A stretch of DNA of 64,000 bases from a virus (lineage: Duplodnaviria; Caudoviricetes). Made by a program: the position numbers and the translations under genes. Positions within the stretch are counted from its first letter, which is position 1. Every line of letters begins with the position of its first letter. Shown here in pieces: positions 58,365-64,000 of the stretch. The notes below the pieces were generated by a model. That model made no database searches. It saw only the letters and a list, made by a program, of their open reading frames with translations, and had not been told where the DNA came from. The DNA is taken from positions 32,001 through 96,000 of IMG/VR virus record IMGVR_UViG_3300028048_000068, one strand, 5' to 3'.

Positions 58365-58987
58365 TTATAATCTCCTAATTTCATATAAGTATAATCTTTA
58401 TTTAAGTTCTGTTTATTATTACATATCCTCGAAATTGAGGCAACCGAACAATTTTCATGTTCTGCTGCCTCGGTCATAGAAGAAAATTCTTGTAAAATAT
58501 GATTAGTTTTTATATCAATTTTTACAACTGCTTTCTTGCTATTACCATATTTACCTTTTTGTCTTTGTTGTGGCGTAAGGTCAAAATTTTTTAAGGCTCT
58601 TGTAATAGTATGTTTTTCACATCCTAATTTTTGAGCTATCTCTTTTTGATTCATACCGGACAAAAATAATGAATAAATAATGTCATAATCATATTTTAAA
58701 TTACCCTCTCCACCTTGGGTTTCATTATATCCATTATAATATGAATTATAATATTTAATCCAATATATTTCTCTTTCAGACACTTCCTCAAGTGAACAGG
58801 TTTCAATTTCAGTAATTTTAAAATGATTAATACCATATTTACGCATTGCTCGATGAATGGCATAATTACTATGTTGTGTAAAAGCTTCTGATATATGTTT
58901 ATTATATCTATCGCTAATAGTGGATACTGTTTTACCAACATATACATTATTATTTATATCATTAGAAATAAGATAAATGTATGCCAT
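58358..58987 (-). CDS. Free-standing GIY-YIG endonuclease
   Basis: AYIYLISN..NNNVYVGKT; GYNETQGGEG. Confidence 0.9.
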   Translation of the reverse strand: MAYIYLISNDINNNVYVGKTVSTISDRYNKHISEAFTQHSNYAIHRAMRKYGINHFKITEIETCSLEEVSEREIYWIKYYNSYYNGYNETQGGEGNLKYDYDIIYSLFLSGMNQKEIAQKLGCEKHTITRALKNFDLTPQQRQKGKYGNSKKAVVKIDIKTNHILQEFSSMTEAAEHENCSVASISRICNNKQNLNKDYTYMKLGDYKC

Positions 58988-59040
58988 ATGCCACCTCTTA
59001 AGAAATAATAATGGAGGGTTTATTCAACCCTCCTATTTAA

Positions 59041-59292
59041 TTACTCCTCGTCTTCGCTTGGAACAAATACCTTGCCCTCATCTGTCAGTGCTACATAAGT
59101 AATCGGCTTATCAGCGCCCTCAACCTCAACCTTCTCTCTCATAGCGAGGCCCTTCTTTGTGAGGTCTGTTACGTTAGCTCCTACCGAACGCTCTGTTCTA
59201 TCAAGAGCATTTGCCAGCTCAGGAATCGAAACCTTTCCACCATTGTTCTTTACATACTCGAATACTTCATTTGACTTTTCTGTAAGCTTCAT
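59041..59292 (-). CDS. Small winged-helix DNA-binding protein
   Basis: LTEKSNEVFEYV...SIPELANAL...SV...VTDLTKKGL...LTDEG; own promoter and terminator. Confidence 0.8.
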   Translation of the reverse strand: MKLTEKSNEVFEYVKNNGGKVSIPELANALDRTERSVGANVTDLTKKGLAMREKVEVEGADKPITYVALTDEGKVFVPSEDEE

Positions 59293-59413
59293 AATTTTAA
59301 AATCTCCTTGTTTAAATAAATTAATAAATGTGTTTTTCTCTGAAAGTTTCTCTCAACTTTCTATAAATATTATACTAAATTTTTGAATTAAACTCAAATT
59401 TTGATTTCTCTAC

Positions 59414-61765
59414 TTACATAACAAGCAGTCCAATAATTTTTGCGTTTGAAAGTTTCATTGATTTTGTTCCCTGTGCACCCTTTGAAAGAAGATTTATCTC
59501 ATTTAAATTAATTTTAATTTGTGCATTGGAAGCCACTACAATGGTTTCTCTTTCATTGTTTATAGGAGCAAAAGCTATTAGTTTATCATCATTATCTTTG
59601 AGCGAGTGGATTTTACTTCCTTTTGTTGCTCTTCCGGTTATTGTAAAATCTTTTGCGGTTGTTCGTTTAATATATCCTTTTTCACTTACGCTTAAAAATT
59701 CTTTTGTGTCAGAAGGAATTACCTTTGCTGATACAAGAACATCGCCATCATTAAGAGTTATACCCTTAACTCCCCTTGCTACTCGTCCTATTGGACGAAT
59801 ATCCTTTGTTTCACACAATACGAACTGACCGCGCGCAGTCATCATACCAACTTGTTCATTATCTACAAAAAGAATTGACACTATTTCATCGTTATTATCT
59901 AAGTTTAGAGCCTTAACACCGCCTTTGCGTTTTATGTTATACTCTGAAAGCCTACTTTTCTTTAAAATACCTTTTTTTGTAAAAAAGATTATGTGTTCTT
60001 TTTGTTTCTTTTTGTTGAGGAAAACAAGTTCTTCAATGCGCTCTCCTGCACTTAATTCTACGATGCTTTCAATTGGAATAACTTCTTCAAATTGAAGTTC
60101 AGAAGGCATTAAATGGAAGCAGTTTCCAAGATTCGAGAAAAGAAGAACGGTGTCAATGTTAGTGCCTGAAGCAGTAGCAATTACATATTCTCCCTTACTC
60201 ATTTTGAATTTATTTCCCACACCTCCGCGCCGTTGTGAGTAGAGCGTAGAAGTGGTGGTAACATAGATATTGTTTTGGTTCGACAGATTGATAAGTAGCT
60301 CTTGTGTTTCTGTCGGTTCTTCATCATCTTTTGAGATGTTGAGAATTTGTGTATGGCGCGCATCGCCAAATTTGTTTGCTACATCGCGCCACCCTTTAAT
60401 GAGTTGAGCATTGAACTCACTTTCATTGTTAATTATATTATAGATGAATTCTCGTTCTTTTTCAAGTTTTGACTTTTCAGATTTTAACTTTTCGACTTCA
60501 AGGTGTGCAAGTCGAGAAAGTTTCATATCGAGGATTGCTTTGGTTTGAACTTCATCAAGTGCGTATTCGCTCATCAGACGCTGGCGCGCCACCGATGTAG
60601 ATTCGGATGTTTTGATGAGGCGGACTACATTGTCGATGTCCTCGATTACTTTAAGAAGACCTTCGATTATGTGGAGACGGTCTTCGATTTTTTTGAGGTC
60701 AAATTCATAACCTCTTCTATATACCTCTTTTTCGTGGTCGATGTGCGCTTGAAGCATTTCTTTCCATGTGAATACTTTTGGAAAGCGTCCGTTGTCAAGC
60801 ATTGTAAAGTTTATTGAATAGTGAGATTGAAGTGAAGTATTTTTGAATAGATATTTTAATACCTTGTTTGGATTTGCCTTTTTAGCGAGATAGATTTTAA
60901 TTAATGGGGTTTTGCCAGTGAGGTCATTAAATCTATCAACTCCTGGATTTTCTTCTCCATTGATGATGTCTTCAAGCTCACCACAAATTGTATTTGTATA
61001 GACTCCATATGGTATCTCCGTTACTACAAAACAGTTTTCTTTTTTATCGTAATCTACTACGCTGCGCAACTTACAAGCAAAACCAGTACCTTTCTTCATT
61101 GAGGCTTTTACTTCGTCTTCGTTTAATAACACCGCACCCGTTGCAAAATCTGGTGCGATGTATATATCATTGAAATCGCAGTTTGGATTAAGAAGAAGAT
61201 GTTCGAGTGCCTTATTCATTTCGCAGAGGTTAAACTGCGGAATCGACGAGGCCATACCAATACCAATTCCCGTACTACCGTTGCAAATACCATAAAAGCC
61301 TTTACTTGGTGTAATGGCAGGATAGTGTTTACTTTCATCTATACCTTCGCGCCATTCTTGAATTGTTTCTTTTTCAATACCTTGGAAGATATATTCGCCC
61401 AAAGGGGAAAGTCTGCTTTTGGTATAACGGGCAGCAGCGTAGTTGCCACTTGAAATTAATGTACCTGCGTTGCCTTTAACATTGACTAACGGATACCGCA
61501 TTGCGAATGGCTGGGCCGCCCTCATGATAATGCCGAGACATGAAGCGTCACCATGGATGTAGTAGGATTTCATGGCATCTCCAATAGGGCCGGTTGTAGG
61601 CTGCGGAGGCTTGTTTGATAGATATTTATTTTCATACATACAATATAAGATTTGACGTGCAGATGGTTTGAGGCCATCGCGTACATCGACGAGGGCGCGG
61701 TTCTGTAAAACCGCACCACTATATTGTATCATTGATTCTTCTATGATTGGTTTTAAATTACTCAT
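59414..61765 (-). CDS. gyrA: DNA gyrase subunit A
   Basis: RDGLKP, HGD, AARYT catalytic Tyr, GyrA-box-like QRRGGVG, beta-pinwheel repeats. Confidence 0.9.
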   Translation of the reverse strand: MSNLKPIIEESMIQYSGAVLQNRALVDVRDGLKPSARQILYCMYENKYLSNKPPQPTTGPIGDAMKSYYIHGDASCLGIIMRAAQPFAMRYPLVNVKGNAGTLISSGNYAAARYTKSRLSPLGEYIFQGIEKETIQEWREGIDESKHYPAITPSKGFYGICNGSTGIGIGMASSIPQFNLCEMNKALEHLLLNPNCDFNDIYIAPDFATGAVLLNEDEVKASMKKGTGFACKLRSVVDYDKKENCFVVTEIPYGVYTNTICGELEDIINGEENPGVDRFNDLTGKTPLIKIYLAKKANPNKVLKYLFKNTSLQSHYSINFTMLDNGRFPKVFTWKEMLQAHIDHEKEVYRRGYEFDLKKIEDRLHIIEGLLKVIEDIDNVVRLIKTSESTSVARQRLMSEYALDEVQTKAILDMKLSRLAHLEVEKLKSEKSKLEKEREFIYNIINNESEFNAQLIKGWRDVANKFGDARHTQILNISKDDEEPTETQELLINLSNQNNIYVTTTSTLYSQRRGGVGNKFKMSKGEYVIATASGTNIDTVLLFSNLGNCFHLMPSELQFEEVIPIESIVELSAGERIEELVFLNKKKQKEHIIFFTKKGILKKSRLSEYNIKRKGGVKALNLDNNDEIVSILFVDNEQVGMMTARGQFVLCETKDIRPIGRVARGVKGITLNDGDVLVSAKVIPSDTKEFLSVSEKGYIKRTTAKDFTITGRATKGSKIHSLKDNDDKLIAFAPINNERETIVVASNAQIKINLNEINLLSKGAQGTKSMKLSNAKIIGLLVM

Positions 61766-61886
61766 TTAGCTCTACTCCGAATTTTTCTTTTATTATTTCT
61801 ATATAATGATATTTCAATCCCATATGTTCTTCTTCTAATCCATTAAGTAAAAATAGAACAATTTCTAACCATTTTTTATCAGTCAT
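61758..61886 (-). CDS. Small hypothetical protein, 42 aa
   Basis: Read manually; overlaps both gyrB stop and gyrA start. Confidence 0.5.
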   Translation of the reverse strand: MTDKKWLEIVLFLLNGLEEEHMGLKYHYIEIIKEKFGVELNE

Positions 61887-63757
61887 TATTCTCTCACCTT
61901 ACTAAAATCAACCTTTTCCATTATAAAATTCTTTCTAGGTTCTACTTCCTCGCCCATTAAATCGTAAAGTAAATCAATCGCTTCATCGTCCCATTCCATT
62001 ACGTCTAATCTCTGATATTCCGGCGAAAACATAGAATTTCTTGCTTGTTCTGCTTCGAGCGCACCTAATCCCTTGTTTCTTTGAAGGTGTCCTTTAATTT
62101 TGTTTTTCTTTTTGGCTTTTTCTAATTCTTCATCGGTAAAGTAATAAGTTTCTTTACCTTTGTATTCTTCTATATATAGAGGTGAGCGAAGCCAGCATAG
62201 ACGTCCTTCTCGTATAAACTCTGGCGCAAGATATTGTAATGCCGCCATTATAAGCAGGCCGATATGGTAGCCGTCACTATCTGCATCGGTACATATAGCG
62301 AGTTTACCGTAACGAAGTTTAGAACTATTATACTTACCTGGCACTATATTCATAGCGCTTAGAAGAAGTTTGATTTCTTCGTTGTTGTAAATTTTTTCTT
62401 CTGGATTGGAAAGACAGTTGATAATCTTTCCTCTCAATGCCATAATACCATATCTTGTGTAGTCTCTACCTTGTGCGAGTCCACCAAGAGCGGAATCACC
62501 TTCAGCAAGGAGAAGAATTGAGTTTGGTCCGAGAAACTCTGCATCTTTGAGTTTGTCGGAGGCAAAAACCTTTTTCTTCTGATTCTTTTCAATTTCCTTT
62601 GATGCTTCAAGAACTTGCTTGCGCGCCTTCTCTGCGGCTCGTTCAGCTTTAAGTTCTTTTGTGAGCAATTCTATTATTTGGTCAAATTCATTTGGAAAGC
62701 GTCGACTAAAGTCTTCAAGCATTTGAGTAGTACATCTTTGTGCTAGACCACGAAGTTCTGGATTTGTAATTTTATTCTTGGTCTGACCATCATATATTGG
62801 ATTTTTTAAATTAACTGAACAAATATAAACCAAACCTGCGCGCACTACATCGCCAGACCCCAAATCTTTAACTTTCTTTTTGAAGAAGTTGGTTAATGCC
62901 GTTTTAATACCCGTAATTGGAGTGCCGCCATTTTCATTTTCACCACCATTTGAAAAAAGATAAAACTTTTCTCTACCAGTAGTCCAGTTAAGTATAATTT
63001 CAATATCAATATCATCTTCGGTAGTCTGAATATGAATTGGATGTTTATGAATTCGCTTTGGTACCTTTGTATCTGCAAAATCCATAAGACCGTTTTTACT
63101 TATATAAGACTTTTTCTCTTTAGTTTCTGCATTAGTAACAATAAATTCAACACCCTTATTGAAATATGAATACTCTTCTATTATACTACAAATTTCTTCA
63201 AAATCAAAATGTATTGGTTCAGCATTAAAAACGTCCTGGCTTGGTTTGTATATGATGTACGTACCCTGCGCGCGGTCGTTCAAAGGTTTTTTCTGACATG
63301 TATCCCATTTAGGGATTCCTTTTTCAAACTCCATATACCACTCGGCGCCATCGCGATAACTTGATATTTTAAACCAGTCAGAAGAACAACACGTTGCGGC
63401 ACTGCCTGTTCCATTGAGTCCACGCGACTTGCCGCCGTATGCGTTATCATCAAATTTTGCGCCCGAGTGGTTCTCAGTTAGAAGATTTATCATTACTTCG
63501 TTGGAGAAATCATTTGGGCCATGCGGCATACCACGACCATAATCGCGACAACTTGCCCAATCTGGACCAATTTCTATTTCTATTTTTGTTGCAGTAGGAC
63601 AAACTAGCGCCTCATCAGTGGCATTATTTACTAACTCTAAAAGCCCCGCAATTACTCCTGTATGGTCTGCGGAGCCGAGATAAATACCGATACGTTTTCG
63701 GCAAGCCTCAACGAAGTTTAATTGTTGAATACTTTTTGCTCCATATAATTCACTCAT
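61886..63757 (-). CDS. gyrB: DNA gyrase/type IIA topoisomerase subunit B
   Basis: ELVNNATDE, DYGRGMP, GLNGTG, EGDSA, TDADSDG, KGLG. Confidence 0.92.
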   Translation of the reverse strand: MSELYGAKSIQQLNFVEACRKRIGIYLGSADHTGVIAGLLELVNNATDEALVCPTATKIEIEIGPDWASCRDYGRGMPHGPNDFSNEVMINLLTENHSGAKFDDNAYGGKSRGLNGTGSAATCCSSDWFKISSYRDGAEWYMEFEKGIPKWDTCQKKPLNDRAQGTYIIYKPSQDVFNAEPIHFDFEEICSIIEEYSYFNKGVEFIVTNAETKEKKSYISKNGLMDFADTKVPKRIHKHPIHIQTTEDDIDIEIILNWTTGREKFYLFSNGGENENGGTPITGIKTALTNFFKKKVKDLGSGDVVRAGLVYICSVNLKNPIYDGQTKNKITNPELRGLAQRCTTQMLEDFSRRFPNEFDQIIELLTKELKAERAAEKARKQVLEASKEIEKNQKKKVFASDKLKDAEFLGPNSILLLAEGDSALGGLAQGRDYTRYGIMALRGKIINCLSNPEEKIYNNEEIKLLLSAMNIVPGKYNSSKLRYGKLAICTDADSDGYHIGLLIMAALQYLAPEFIREGRLCWLRSPLYIEEYKGKETYYFTDEELEKAKKKNKIKGHLQRNKGLGALEAEQARNSMFSPEYQRLDVMEWDDEAIDLLYDLMGEEVEPRKNFIMEKVDFSKVRE

Positions 63758-64000
63758 AATATGTATAAATTAATTTCTCCTTTTCATCTAATCTAATGTG
63801 CTGATAGGTTTTGCTATGATTTAATCCATATCGAATTGCACTTGCTACTTGTTTTACTACCTTACTTCGTGTTAAATCATTGCTAATAAACCATTTTGCA
63901 CACTCACATAGGTTTTCAAATTGCAAGTTATAATCTAGTAATATAATATATTTTTGTTGTGGATTTAAATTTATAGGCTTACCTATATCTTCTACATATT

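Overview
The window is part of a large, AT-rich tailed-phage genome. The host is probably an anaerobic Firmicute (Clostridia-like), given Firmicute RBSs, sigmaA promoters, nrdD/nrdG, DnaE and Clostridia-type operators. There are three blocks. (1) ~1-9.5 kb is an early/accessory region of small, mostly minus-strand genes. Most have their own near-consensus sigmaA promoter, preceded by a repeated intergenic module: a LexA-type box (CGAAC-N4-GTTCG), a GC-rich CCCGGG/CCGG core and a Rex-type box (TTGTTAA-N4-TTAACAA). This region also holds candidate non-coding RNAs, notably an 80-nt RNA resembling the tRNA-like domain of tmRNA without an mRNA domain, and a LexA/Rex-dense repeat cluster at 7.6-7.9 kb. 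(2) 9.6-34.9 kb (+) is morphogenesis: intron-split terminase, portal, protease/scaffold, capsid, connectors, two tail-tube paralogs and a 3336-aa tape measure protein. (3) 34.9-64 kb (-) is replication and nucleotide metabolism: RuvC-like resolvase, dUTPase, intron-split ThyX-like gene, nrdG, intron-split nrdD, dnaE, recJ, primase, helicase, AAA ATPase, SSB-like protein and gyrA/gyrB. Three group I introns carry homing endonucleases, and three more GIY-YIG genes are free-standing. All product calls come from motif recognition by eye; no database search was run.
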